From an uncultured Phycisphaerales bacterium (lineage in GTDB: Bacteria; Planctomycetota; Phycisphaerae; Phycisphaerales; SM1A02): a DNA stretch of 64,000 nt. Position 1 is the stretch's first letter. Every line of letters starts with the position of its first letter. This document shows positions 20,734 through 31,186 of the stretch, piece by piece. The DNA lies in the NCBI GenBank assembly GCA_938084645.1, contig CALKEP010000002.1, positions 76,375 through 140,374 of the forward strand. The letters run 5' to 3'. A program made the position numbers and the translations under genes. The notes beneath the pieces are model-generated. The model worked only from the letters and a program-made list of their open reading frames with translations, made no database searches and had not been told where the DNA came from.

Positions 20734-22491
20734 ATGGAAGTCATTCGCGGCATCCCGGTCTCCTCCGGCATCGTCTTCGGGCGGGTCTTTCGACTCGGCC
20801 AGGCCGAGCAGCGGGTGTCGCATCGACGGATCGAGGCCACGGACTGCGAATCCGAGATCGACCGGGTCGACGCCGCCTTCGAGGAGGCGATCGCCGAGCT
20901 CGAGCAACTGCGGGACCGGACCCGCATCCAGCTCGGCGCCGAACCCGCGAAGATCTTCGAGTTCCACGTCGGACTGCTTCGGGATCCCTCCCTTCGAGAT
21001 CCCATTCGAGAGCGGATCCGAACCGACCTCGTCGTCGCGGAGTGGGCCGTCGCCGACCAGTTCAAGACGATCGCGGACCAGTTCGCGGCGATGGGCAGTG
21101 AGGTGTTCGCCCAGAAGACCGCCGACATCATCGATCTCGATCGACGGATCCTCGACAAACTGATGGGCGAAACGACCAGCCGGCTCGCCAATCTCACCGA
21201 ACCGGTGGTGATCGTCGCCCACGAACTCACCCCGAGCCAGACGGCGGGCATGGACCGGAGCAAGGTGCTCGGATTCGCGACCGATGCGGGCGGTCGGACC
21301 AGTCACGTCTCGATCGTCGCTCGGGCGATCGACATCCCCGCGGTGGTCGGATGTCACCGCGTGAGCCGGGGTGTCGAGAACGGTGACCTCGTGATCGTCG
21401 ACGGCGACGCGGGCACGGTGATCGTCGATCCGGATCCCGAGACCATCGCCGAGTACGAAGCCCGGCAGTCGAAGGTCAGCGAGTTTCGAGCGGGCCTCCG
21501 GGAAACCGCGTCCCTCGACGCGGTCACCACCGACGGCGTCGAGGTCTCGCTGCTCGGGAACATCGAGTTCCCCGACGAGATCGAGTCCGTGCTCGACAAC
21601 GGTGGAGGCGGCGTCGGACTCTACCGCACCGAGTTCCTCTACCTGACCAGCGGGCATGCGCCGGACGAGGAGGCGCACTACGACGCGTACCGGACGGCGA
21701 TCAAGATGCTCGACGGTCGCCCCCTGGTCATCCGCACGCAGGACCTCGGCGCGGACAAGTACACGCAGGAACAGGCGGAGCAACCCGAACGGAATCCGTT
21801 CCTCGGCTGTCGCTCCATCCGCTATTCGTTGCTGCACCTGAAGGAGTTCAAGACGCAGCTCCGGGCGATCCTGCGGGCCGCCTCGCACGGCCCGGTGAAG
21901 GTCATGTTCCCACTGGTCTCGACCGTCATGGAGATCCGGCAGGCGAAGATGCTGCTGGCCGACGTGGCCGAGGAATTGGACGAGGAGGGGATTCCCCGAG
22001 GGACCGACGTGTCCATCGGCATGATGGTGGAGGTGCCCTCCGCGGCCCTGATGGCGCGTGCATTCTCCAACGAAGTCGAATTCTTCTCGATCGGCACGAA
22101 TGACCTCATCCAGTACACGCTGGCGGTCGATCGAGGTAATGAGCGGGTGGCGAATCTGTACACCGGGGCGAGCCCGGCCGTCCTCCAGCTCATCAAGACC
22201 GTGATTCGAGCCGCACGACGGCGCGACGTGGCGGTCTCGATCTGCGGTGAGATCGCAGGAGAGCCGATTTACACCATGTTGCTGCTGGGACTCGGTTTGC
22301 GTACACTCTCACTGGTACCGACCCAGATTCCCCTCATCAAGAAGGTCGTCAGGTCGGTCTCGATCAAACATTGCGAACGCATCGCCCGAAAGGTCGGTAC
22401 GTTCGATTCCGAGCGACAGGTCCTCAACTACCTCCGCGACGAACTCAGAAAAATCGACCCCGGATCACCCGGCGGATGGACCGCCGAGTGA
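20734..22491 (+). CDS. ptsI: PTS enzyme I (PEP-protein phosphotransferase)
   Basis: GGRTSHVSIVAR (phospho-His), GVGLYRTEFLY, ERNPFLG, FFSIGTNDLIQY and SICGE. Confidence 0.95.
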   Translation: MEVIRGIPVSSGIVFGRVFRLGQAEQRVSHRRIEATDCESEIDRVDAAFEEAIAELEQLRDRTRIQLGAEPAKIFEFHVGLLRDPSLRDPIRERIRTDLVVAEWAVADQFKTIADQFAAMGSEVFAQKTADIIDLDRRILDKLMGETTSRLANLTEPVVIVAHELTPSQTAGMDRSKVLGFATDAGGRTSHVSIVARAIDIPAVVGCHRVSRGVENGDLVIVDGDAGTVIVDPDPETIAEYEARQSKVSEFRAGLRETASLDAVTTDGVEVSLLGNIEFPDEIESVLDNGGGGVGLYRTEFLYLTSGHAPDEEAHYDAYRTAIKMLDGRPLVIRTQDLGADKYTQEQAEQPERNPFLGCRSIRYSLLHLKEFKTQLRAILRAASHGPVKVMFPLVSTVMEIRQAKMLLADVAEELDEEGIPRGTDVSIGMMVEVPSAALMARAFSNEVEFFSIGTNDLIQYTLAVDRGNERVANLYTGASPAVLQLIKTVIRAARRRDVAVSICGEIAGEPIYTMLLLGLGLRTLSLVPTQIPLIKKVVRSVSIKHCERIARKVGTFDSERQVLNYLRDELRKIDPGSPGGWTAE

Positions 22492-22987
22492 AGGGGAAGT
22501 CAGGAACAAAGGACCGCTTCGACGGGACGTGAGTCACACGTTCGTCGAGGAGGGACACGAATCAGGTGACCGAGGAGCCTCGCTCCCCGGCCACGGCAGG
22601 CGACCGAGATCGCCGCTCGAATCGGGCGACGTCGACGCGACGCCCCGGGAATCCAGCCTCTTCGGGAGGCGACTCCGCCTTTCGCGGAGGAGATGGATTG
22701 CTCGGGATCGCCGACCGATACGCCGGTGAATGCCGGCTCCGTTTCGATCTGGAGGATCTCGAATCGAATCGAGGATCGATCGGCACCGCCTCGCGGGGCC
22801 GGATCGAACCCTCGGTCGGCGACCGCGACGCGGTCAGCCCTCCTTCCAGTGCGATGCACCGGAATCCTGCTCCGATCCAGGCCGACCGACGATGCACGCC
22901 CCAGGTGCGTCGGATCACGACCGAGCCCGGCGTCCCCTCGACGACATCCGATCACGACCTTGCTTGAAAGCGGTCATGGAGACGACC

Positions 22988-25900
22988 ATGACCATGAGCG
23001 ACAACGACTCGGACGCCGGCGAATCATCCGCCGCACAACCTTCGGACACCGAGGCCTCGGCCGGGTCCAAGAAGACTTCCAAGAAGTCGACGACCAAGAA
23101 GACCACGACCAAGAAGTCGACGGCCAAGAAGGCCACGACCAAGAAGTCGACCGCCAAGAAGACGACCAAGAAGAAGACGACCAAGAAGACCACGGCGAAG
23201 AAGACGACCAAGAAGAAGACGACCAGGAAGGCCTCCGATCGAGCGGCGTCCGAGTCCGAATCCGATGCCGGCATCGAGGCGGGAACCACGACCGAAGCGA
23301 CCTCCGAGACGCCGCTCGATGCCCCGGGCATCGCGGAGACGTCGGAGCCGTCCGCGGAGACGCCCGTCGATGCCGAGACCGATGGCGAGACCGATGCCGA
23401 GGACGGGGCCGGTCCCCGGAAGAAGCGATCTCGCCGAGGCGGATCCCGACGCCGGAAGCGCGATTCCAACGAGACCGATGCCGAGACCGCCGATGCCGCC
23501 ACCGAGGAGGCCGATGAGGCGGATGCCGACCCCGAGGCAAGCGAGGCCGAAGAGAAGAAGTCCGGCTCGTCGGCCAAGAAGAGCCGATCCCGTCGGGAGT
23601 GGAAGCGCCCCGATCGGGCCGCGATCGAAGTGACCCCCACCGGCCCGACCGCCCCCGCGGGCAGTCGGGTCCTCCTCGTCGATGACGTGCCGGGCGAATC
23701 CTGTCGGATCGCGATTCTCGAGAAGGGACGCCTCGAGGAGCTGTTCGTCGAACGGTCCCAGAGCGCGACCGCCGTCGGCAACATCTACAAGGCCCGCGTG
23801 GTCAACGTCGAGTCCTCGATCCAGGCCGCCTTCGTCGACTACGGCCAGGGCATGAACGGCTTCCTCCACGTCTCCGACCTTCACCCCCGCTACTTCCCAG
23901 GCGGCGACAAGACCGAGAAGGTCGGTCGCAAGACCCCCAGACGGGAGCGGCCCCCGATCCAGGACGCCCTGAAGAAGGGACAGGAGATCCTGGTGCAGGT
24001 CCTCAAGCAGGGCGTCGGCACCAAGGGCCCCACCGTCACGAGCTACCTCTCGATCCCGGGCCGCCTCCTGGTGATGATGCCGGGCATGGACCGGGTCGGG
24101 GTGAGTCGCAAGGTCGACGACGACCAGCGCGAGAAGATGCGGAAGATCCTCGACGAACTGGACCTTCCCGAAGGCTTCGGCTTCATCGTCCGCACCGCCG
24201 GATACGACAAGACCAAGACCGAACTCAAGCGGGACGCGGCCTACCTGAAGCGCCTCTGGACCCAGCTCGAGAAGCGGATGGACAGGGTCGGCGCCCCCTC
24301 GGAGCTCTACACCGAGGGCGATCTGGTGGTCAGGACCATCCGCGACGTGGTCGACGCGTCGATCGATTCGATCGTGATCAACAGCCAGACGGGATTCGAA
24401 CGGGCCCGCACGTTCCTCTCCGTGGTCTCTCCGAAGTCGGGCCCCAAGGTCCGCTACTACGACAAGCCGATTCCGCTCTTCGACGCCTTCGACGTCGAAC
24501 GGCAGATCGATCTCATCCACGCCCGGGAGGTCCCGCTGCGTTCCGGCGGCGCCCTGGTGATCGACCAGACCGAGGCGATGGTCGCGATCGACGTCAACTC
24601 GGGCCGGAGCCGTGGGGCCCGCGACGCGGAGAGCAACGCGGTCTCCACCAACCGCGAAGCCGCCGACGAGATCGTCCGGCAGCTTCGACTCCGCGACCAG
24701 GGCGGACTCGTGGTCTGTGACTTCATCGACATGCGTTTCGCGCGGAATCGCAAGGAGATCGAGGATCGACTTGCCGAGAATCTCCGCCAGGATCGGGCCC
24801 GGACCACGTTCCTTCCGATCAGCGAGTTCGGACTCGTCGAGATGACCCGGCAGCGGATCCGTCCGAGCATCCGCTCCCAGTACTTCGCACCCTGCCAGTC
24901 CTGCGCCGGCCTCGGTGAGATCCGGAATCCCGATTCCGTGGCCGCCGACGCGGTACGCCGAGCCGCCCGCATTCTCGCAGTCGACAAGGTCGAGCGGGTC
25001 GAACTCGTGTGCGGCACCCGGGTCGCCAGCGCCCTGCTGAGCGGACATCGTCGTCGAATCGACGACCTCGAACGCCGAAGCGGCGGCCGGATCGACATCC
25101 GGATCTCCGAGCAGATCGGTGCCGATCGATTCGACGTGTACGCCTACGACGATCGAAACGCCGACATCGACATCTCCCGACTCGCCACCCTGAAGACCCC
25201 GGTCCTCACCGATTTCGTCGAGTCACTCGACGACGTCGCGGAGGAGGTGGAGGACGATGTGTCCACCGGCGACGGCCGACGACGACGACGACGACGACGC
25301 AAGCCCGCCCCGGCGGACGTGGTCTCGATCGCGATGGCCGGCGGCTTCGACATCGAAGACGACGAGGACGACGACGACGAAGAGACGATCGCCGAGAAGC
25401 TCGCGAAGCCGAACGACGACGACGAGGATCAGACTCCGGAGGGCGACGGCCGAAAGCGTCGCCGTCGACGCCGACGGCGGGGTCGTGGCAGCCGGTCCGG
25501 CGAGGAAGGTGATTCGACCGTGTCGACACCGACCTCGGCATCGGACGAATCGCCCGAGGCGGCGCCCGCCGAACCCGAATCACCGATCCGCGTCCACGCC
25601 CTCGCGAAGGAGCTGGAGATCACCAGCAAGGAGATCCTCGCCGCGGTCGCGGAGAAGCTCGAGTCACTCGAACTGAAGAACCACATGTCATCCATTCCGG
25701 GCGACTTCGTCAGGACGGTCCGGAGTTTCTTCGCTCCCGAGCCCCCGGAAGCATCCGACGTCGACGCCGCCGAGCCGGTGACGGCCACCGAGGACGCATC
25801 CGCGACGCCGCCGGTCGGCGAAGGCGGCGAGGAGGGCGAAGACGGCGGACCGAAGAAGAAGCGTCGCCGCCGACGGCGCGGTGGCCGCCGACGAAGGCGA

Positions 25901-26236
25901 CGCTCCGACGATGACGCGGAAGGCGGCGAGTCCGGCGAAGGTGGGAACGACGAGCGCCGACATTCGGCCGAAGCGTCGGACGAGGATTCGAACGAGGCTT
26001 CGGACGACGACGACTCGACGGAACCGCGATCCGCGCCCGTGTCGGTCCAAGCCCCCGAAGCATCGGCCGACGTCGAGCGCGACGACGAACCGGACGCCTC
26101 CGATTCCGAAGAATCGGAGAACGCGGTCGCGGTCGTGGAGACCGCCGCGGTTCCGATCAAGCCGAAGAAGCGATCACTCTACGGTGGCCGATTCCAGCGT
26201 CGATCCCCCGGACAGTCGAACCCGAGTGATCGCTGA
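22988..26236 (+). CDS. rne: Ribonuclease E/G family with long N- and C-terminal disordered regions
   Basis: S1 domain ([22 protein letters not shown]), [27 protein letters not shown] and Zn-link CQSCAG; ATG after GGAG. Confidence 0.93.
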   Translation: MTMSDNDSDAGESSAAQPSDTEASAGSKKTSKKSTTKKTTTKKSTAKKATTKKSTAKKTTKKKTTKKTTAKKTTKKKTTRKASDRAASESESDAGIEAGTTTEATSETPLDAPGIAETSEPSAETPVDAETDGETDAEDGAGPRKKRSRRGGSRRRKRDSNETDAETADAATEEADEADADPEASEAEEKKSGSSAKKSRSRREWKRPDRAAIEVTPTGPTAPAGSRVLLVDDVPGESCRIAILEKGRLEELFVERSQSATAVGNIYKARVVNVESSIQAAFVDYGQGMNGFLHVSDLHPRYFPGGDKTEKVGRKTPRRERPPIQDALKKGQEILVQVLKQGVGTKGPTVTSYLSIPGRLLVMMPGMDRVGVSRKVDDDQREKMRKILDELDLPEGFGFIVRTAGYDKTKTELKRDAAYLKRLWTQLEKRMDRVGAPSELYTEGDLVVRTIRDVVDASIDSIVINSQTGFERARTFLSVVSPKSGPKVRYYDKPIPLFDAFDVERQIDLIHAREVPLRSGGALVIDQTEAMVAIDVNSGRSRGARDAESNAVSTNREAADEIVRQLRLRDQGGLVVCDFIDMRFARNRKEIEDRLAENLRQDRARTTFLPISEFGLVEMTRQRIRPSIRSQYFAPCQSCAGLGEIRNPDSVAADAVRRAARILAVDKVERVELVCGTRVASALLSGHRRRIDDLERRSGGRIDIRISEQIGADRFDVYAYDDRNADIDISRLATLKTPVLTDFVESLDDVAEEVEDDVSTGDGRRRRRRRRKPAPADVVSIAMAGGFDIEDDEDDDDEETIAEKLAKPNDDDEDQTPEGDGRKRRRRRRRRGRGSRSGEEGDSTVSTPTSASDESPEAAPAEPESPIRVHALAKELEITSKEILAAVAEKLESLELKNHMSSIPGDFVRTVRSFFAPEPPEASDVDAAEPVTATEDASATPPVGEGGEEGEDGGPKKKRRRRRRGGRRRRRRSDDDAEGGESGEGGNDERRHSAEASDEDSNEASDDDDSTEPRSAPVSVQAPEASADVERDDEPDASDSEESENAVAVVETAAVPIKPKKRSLYGGRFQRRSPGQSNPSDR
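23069..23230 (+). repeat. Coding tandem ~15-nt repeats (KK[S/T/A]T[T/A]) in the RNase E N-terminus
   Basis: [54 protein letters not shown]. Confidence 0.9.
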
Positions 26237-26293
26237 GTCCGGTCCGATCGTTCACCCTCCGGCGGATCACGGGAATCGAGGAAGCCCAGTCGG

Positions 26294-27514
26294 ATGAAGC
26301 AGTCGTCTCGAAACATCGCCGAATCGAATGATCCAAGACGGATCATCATCCTCGGCTCGACCGGCTCCATCGGCGTCGGCGCGCTCGACGTCGTCGCCCA
26401 TCTCGCGGCCGCCGAGAAGAGACCCGGCGAATCGACGCCGACCTTCGAGGTCGTGGGACTCGCCGCGGGAAGTCGGGCCGACGTCCTCGAGCAGCAGGCC
26501 GATCGATTCGCGGTCCGTGACGTGGCCCTCGCGGATCCTGACGCGGCGGCGGCACTGTCGACCGATCGTTCGATCCGCACCGGCCCGGACGCCGCGGTCC
26601 GACTCGTCGAGGACGTCGCGCGGCCGGGCGATCTGGTGGTCGCCGCGATGGTCGGCGCCGCCGGCATACCCTCGGCGCTCGCGGCGATCGCGCGGGGCTG
26701 CGACATCGCGCTGGCGAACAAGGAGACGCTGGTCGCCGCGGGAGAGCTGGTGACCACCGCGGCCGCGGATGCCGGTGTCGAGATCATTCCGATCGACAGC
26801 GAACACGCCGCACTTCACCAATGCCTCCGTTCCGGGCGCGACGCACGGGAGGTGTCCCGACTCGTCCTCACCGCGTCCGGCGGCCCCTTCCGGACCTGGA
26901 CCGCGGATCGGATCCGGAACGCGACGGTCGAGGAGGCGTTGAACCATCCGACCTGGAAGATGGGCCCGAAGGTCACCATCGACTCCGCGACGATGATGAA
27001 CAAGGGACTCGAACTGATCGAGGCCCACTGGTTGTTCGGCATCGACGCGGATCGTCTCGAGGCGATCATCCATCCGCAGTCGATCGTCCACTCCTTCGTC
27101 GAGTTCCTCGATGGATCGTCGCTCGCCCAGTTGTCACCCCCCGACATGCGGATGCCGATCCAGTACGCGCTCTGCCACCCGATCCGGGTGCCGGGCTGCG
27201 CCCCCTCCATGGACTACCAGACGCTGCGGGAACTCGTCTTCGAACCCGTCGATCACGACCGCTTCCCCTCCATCGAGATCGCTCGACGCGTGATTCGGGC
27301 CGGCGGCACCGCCGGCGCGATCTTCAACGCCGCCAACGAGGTCGCCGCCGAGGCCTTCTGCGATGGCGGCATGCCGTTCGGCCGGATCGCGGAAGTGGTC
27401 GCGGACGTGGTCGATCGAGTCCCCATCGGACCGGCGTCCGATCTCGACGCCGTGATGGCGGCCGACGCGGCGGCGCGAGAAGCCGCCCGCGCCCATTCGT
27501 CGATCGACGCCTGA
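26294..27514 (+). CDS. dxr: 1-deoxy-D-xylulose-5-phosphate reductoisomerase
   Basis: LGSTGSIG, LANKETLV, PIDSEH, HPTWKMGPKVTIDSATMMNKGLE and NAANE. Confidence 0.98.
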   Translation: MKQSSRNIAESNDPRRIIILGSTGSIGVGALDVVAHLAAAEKRPGESTPTFEVVGLAAGSRADVLEQQADRFAVRDVALADPDAAAALSTDRSIRTGPDAAVRLVEDVARPGDLVVAAMVGAAGIPSALAAIARGCDIALANKETLVAAGELVTTAAADAGVEIIPIDSEHAALHQCLRSGRDAREVSRLVLTASGGPFRTWTADRIRNATVEEALNHPTWKMGPKVTIDSATMMNKGLELIEAHWLFGIDADRLEAIIHPQSIVHSFVEFLDGSSLAQLSPPDMRMPIQYALCHPIRVPGCAPSMDYQTLRELVFEPVDHDRFPSIEIARRVIRAGGTAGAIFNAANEVAAEAFCDGGMPFGRIAEVVADVVDRVPIGPASDLDAVMAADAAAREAARAHSSIDA

Positions 27515-27685
27515 TCCGCATCGGGATCGATTTCGACCACGAGATCGGCCGACCCGCGAACCCGAAGGCATTCACCGTCGAACTGATCCGGGAAGCCCTC
27601 CTGCTCCCCGGCTATCCTCTGGCCCCGACCGTTCGGTCGACCTCGACCTCCGTGTTCCCGATCGGGAACCAATGAAGGATCCCGC

Positions 27686-29764
27686 GTGGACATTCTCGGC
27701 ACCGGCAGCAACATCCTCCTGATCATTCTCGGCTTCGGACTGCTCATCGCGCTCCACGAACTCGGCCACTTCATCGCGGCCCGCTGGGCGGGCATCCGCG
27801 CCGACGGGTTCGCGATCGGCATGGGGCCGGTCGTCGCCAGCTATCGCGGCGGCGTCGGATTCCGATTCGGCGCGTGCGATGACGTGGTCAAGAAGCGGCT
27901 CGGTCGTTTCCCCATCGAACTCAGCGACGCGGAGATGGCGAAGGAGGGCCTCGGGGAGACCCAGTACTCCCTGCGACTGCTTCCGATCGGCGGGTACGTC
28001 CGGATGCTCGGGCAGGAGGACGGCAATCCGAACGCGACGAGCAAGGACGCCCGGAGCTACACCAGCGTCAGCGTCGGCAAGCGAATGGTGGTGGTGAGCG
28101 CCGGCGTGGTGATGAACCTCCTCACCGCGATCGTGATGTTCGTCGTCGCGTTCATGGTCGGCGTCCGGTTCGAGGCTCCGGTGGTCGGTCCGGTCCAGCC
28201 CGACTCGCCCGCCGCCGTTGCACCTTCGCTGACCGAAGGCGTGGCGCCGGGAATCCGCCCCGGCGACCGGATCACCCGGATCGGCGACTCGGACATCATG
28301 ACGTTCTCCGACGTGATGATCGAATCCGCGATGAGCGTCCCCGAGCGACCGCTCAGCATCGAGGTCGATCGACCCGGGCGGGACACTCCGCTGCGATTCG
28401 AGGTCGAGCCCGCGTACGACGAACGGATGAACATGCGGATGATCGGCATCGCGCCCGCCGCCAGCAACCAGCTCGCGTCGGATCCGCAGCTCGAGGCACC
28501 GCTCGAGACCATGTTCGACGCGTCGATGGCCGATCGCATGCCCGGCCGGACCATCGTGTCCGCGGGCTCGACCACCGTCGGCACCTGGGAGGCCTTCGAC
28601 GAGGCGATGATCGCGTCGAACGGCCGGCCCGTGGAGGTCGGCTTCGGACCGGGGCGCGAAGGCGAACCCGCATTCGCCGTCACCATGACCGCCGACCCGG
28701 TCTACGAACGCATCCTCTACGCGGAGCCGCAACCCGAGGGCGCCGGCGACTGGGAATCCGGCCTGCTCGGACTGACGCCGCTGATCAGGATCACCGGCGT
28801 CGTCGATGGAAGCCGCAACACGGAGGTCCTCGCCGCCGGCGACATCGTGCTGCAGGTCGCGGACGTCGCGGGACCTCGCATGTCGGAGTTCCGTGCCGCC
28901 CTGATGGCCCGGCCCGGTCGAACGATCCCGATCCTCGTGGAACGCGACGGCGTCGAACGACGCGTCGAGGCGAGGACGGATGCCGAAGGCCGACTCGGCG
29001 TGATGGTGAACTACGCGCTCGACGATCCTCGAATCGCCCGTCCGTTCGAGGTCGTGGGCGGCGACGAACCGATGCCGGCGTCGATCGCGGCGCTTCGGCT
29101 GATGCCCCGCACTCGGATCGATGCGGTGGGGTCGACCCCGGTCGAGGACTGGGCCTCGTTCCGCGCCGCGTTGCTCGATGCCGTCGCGACCGACGGGCCG
29201 ACCGAAACGGAATTCACCTGGACGCTGCCCGTGGCCGACGCCGCCGCGGAGTCCGGGACGATCACGATCTCCAAGGCCGAGGGCGATCGGCTTCGCAGCC
29301 TCGGCTGGACCGCACCACTTCCGGGGAACTGGTTCGAGCCGCTTCAGACGACCCTGTCCGCCGGTGGTGATCCGATCCTCGCGACCGCCATGGGATTCCG
29401 ACAGACCTGGAAGATGGTGGTGCTCACCTACCTGACCATCGACCGGCTCGTCGGCGGTTCGGTCAGCGTCAAGCAGCTTCACGGGCCGGTCGGCATCGTG
29501 CACATCGGCACCCGGGTGGCGGATCGCGGCTTCATGTACCTGATCTTCTTCCTCGCGATGATCAGCGTGAATCTCGCGGTGCTGAACTTCCTGCCGCTCC
29601 CGATCGTCGACGGCGGGCTGTTCCTGTTCCTGCTCTACGAGAAGTTCTTCAAGAAGCCACCCTCCATCGCGTTCCAGAACGCGGCGACCCTCGTCGGGCT
29701 GGCCCTGATCGGCACGCTCTTCGTGGTCACGTTCTACAACGACGTGCTGAGGCTCGCAGGATGA
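27686..29764 (+). CDS. rseP: Site-2 intramembrane Zn protease (RseP/M50) with expanded PDZ region
   Basis: HELGH, LPIGGYVRM, AGVVMN, two GD-I PDZ-like motifs, GPVGI and NFLPLPIVDGG; follows dxr. Confidence 0.92.
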   Translation: MDILGTGSNILLIILGFGLLIALHELGHFIAARWAGIRADGFAIGMGPVVASYRGGVGFRFGACDDVVKKRLGRFPIELSDAEMAKEGLGETQYSLRLLPIGGYVRMLGQEDGNPNATSKDARSYTSVSVGKRMVVVSAGVVMNLLTAIVMFVVAFMVGVRFEAPVVGPVQPDSPAAVAPSLTEGVAPGIRPGDRITRIGDSDIMTFSDVMIESAMSVPERPLSIEVDRPGRDTPLRFEVEPAYDERMNMRMIGIAPAASNQLASDPQLEAPLETMFDASMADRMPGRTIVSAGSTTVGTWEAFDEAMIASNGRPVEVGFGPGREGEPAFAVTMTADPVYERILYAEPQPEGAGDWESGLLGLTPLIRITGVVDGSRNTEVLAAGDIVLQVADVAGPRMSEFRAALMARPGRTIPILVERDGVERRVEARTDAEGRLGVMVNYALDDPRIARPFEVVGGDEPMPASIAALRLMPRTRIDAVGSTPVEDWASFRAALLDAVATDGPTETEFTWTLPVADAAAESGTITISKAEGDRLRSLGWTAPLPGNWFEPLQTTLSAGGDPILATAMGFRQTWKMVVLTYLTIDRLVGGSVSVKQLHGPVGIVHIGTRVADRGFMYLIFFLAMISVNLAVLNFLPLPIVDGGLFLFLLYEKFFKKPPSIAFQNAATLVGLALIGTLFVVTFYNDVLRLAG

Positions 29765-30483
29765 GCGACGAGCCGATGAACGACGCACCGGTCGCGGTGA
29801 TCACCGGCGCCGGCTCCGGCGTCGGCCGGGCGGCCGCGCTCCGACTCGCATCGCGGGGCTGGCGGTGCGGCCTGCTGGGCCGGACCCGGTCCAAGCTCGA
29901 GGCGACCGCGACCGCCACGGACGCTTCGACCGCCTGCATCGTCCTCGAATGCGATCTCGGCGAACCGGATCAGGTCCGGGACGCGGCTCGACGCGTGCTC
30001 GAGACGTTCGGGAGGATCGACGCCGTGCTCAACATCGCCGGCATCGCCCCGCAGGCCTCGATCCAGGACACCGACGAACACCTGATGCGATCGACGCTCG
30101 AGCAGAACCTCATCGGTCCGACGATCCTCGTCGGCACCGCGTGGCCGTCGCTGGTGGAGCATCGCGGCGTGGTGGTCAACGTGTCTTCGATGAGTTCGAT
30201 CGATCCCTACCACCACTTCACCGCGTACGCGGCGAGCAAGTCCGGACTCGATTCACTGAGTCGGTCGATCATGGCGGAAGCCGGGGAGACCGGAATCCGA
30301 GCGTTCACCATCAACCCGGGCGCGGTCGAGACGCCGCTCCTGCGGAGCCTGGTCGACGAAGCGACCTTCCCGACCGACCTGGCCTATCCACCCGATGCGA
30401 TCGCGGAGGAGATCCTTCATTGCATCGATGGCCACCGGGACGACCGCGTCGGACAGCCGTTCCCGATGATCCGCGGCAGTTGA
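29761..30483 (+). CDS. Short-chain dehydrogenase/reductase
   Basis: TGAGSGVG, NIAG, YAASK and PGAVET; ATGA overlap with the rseP stop. Confidence 0.92.
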   Translation: MSDEPMNDAPVAVITGAGSGVGRAAALRLASRGWRCGLLGRTRSKLEATATATDASTACIVLECDLGEPDQVRDAARRVLETFGRIDAVLNIAGIAPQASIQDTDEHLMRSTLEQNLIGPTILVGTAWPSLVEHRGVVVNVSSMSSIDPYHHFTAYAASKSGLDSLSRSIMAEAGETGIRAFTINPGAVETPLLRSLVDEATFPTDLAYPPDAIAEEILHCIDGHRDDRVGQPFPMIRGS

Positions 30484-30499
30484 CCCGCGATCGCCGATG

Positions 30500-30988
30500 T
30501 CAGCCTCGTCGACGAAGCGCTCGATCCATGTCGCGTTGAGCCTCGCGTTTGGCGATGTCCTGCCGCTTGTCGGCCTTCTTTCGACCCTCGGCGACCCCCA
30601 CCACGAGCTTCGCGCGGCCGTTCACGAAGACGATTCGAAGTGGAACGAGGGTCGCGTTGTCCGCGTCCTGGACGTTCGCAAGCCTCCGAATCTCCTTCTT
30701 ATGGGCGAGCAGTCGTCGCGGCCGGACGGGATCGTGCTGTCGGTGCGGGCCCGCCGGCGGGTATTCCGCCACGTGAACCCCCATCAGGGTCAGCGTCGGC
30801 GGATCCGCCACCGCCCGGACCCAGCCTTCGGCGAGGCTCGCCCGGCCCGCTCGGATCGACTTCACTTCCGTTCCACGGAGCACGAGCCCGCATTCGAGCG
30901 TGTCCCCGATGCGGAAATCATGACGAGCCCGGCGATTTTCGATCGTCGGGGCGTCCGAAGTCGGGTTTTTCCGGTTTCCCTTGGCCAT
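30500..30988 (-). CDS. smpB: SsrA-binding protein SmpB
   Basis: NRRARHDF, GLVLRGTEVKSIR, RRLLAHKKEI and GRKKADKRQDI. Confidence 0.96.
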   Translation of the reverse strand: MAKGNRKNPTSDAPTIENRRARHDFRIGDTLECGLVLRGTEVKSIRAGRASLAEGWVRAVADPPTLTLMGVHVAEYPPAGPHRQHDPVRPRRLLAHKKEIRRLANVQDADNATLVPLRIVFVNGRAKLVVGVAEGRKKADKRQDIAKREAQRDMDRALRRRG

Positions 30989-31092
30989 CCGAACCCGTCA
31001 AGGTAGACCACCCGCACCCCGGGTACAAGGTCCGATTCGAACGCCACACAGCGAAATTTCGACGAAGAAGGCCCTTCGATTCGGTGATTTTC

Positions 31093-31119
31093 GGAACCAA
31101 GTGTTTGTCCCACCGTCAA
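31093..31119 (+). promoter_or_regulatory. Putative ECF (sigmaE-like) promoter of the secreted peptidase gene
   Basis: GGAACCA-N16-TCAA, equivalently AAC-N16-CGTC. Confidence 0.4.
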
Positions 31120-31186
31120 TATCCGGCAACAATCGGTTGTTCGTGCTCCGTCAAGACGACACATCCCTCCCCTCCAGGACCCCCAG

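Noticed and set aside
23069..23230. Repeats as a CRISPR array (also 36891-36990)
   Set aside because: In-frame coding repeats without spacers; no cas genes.
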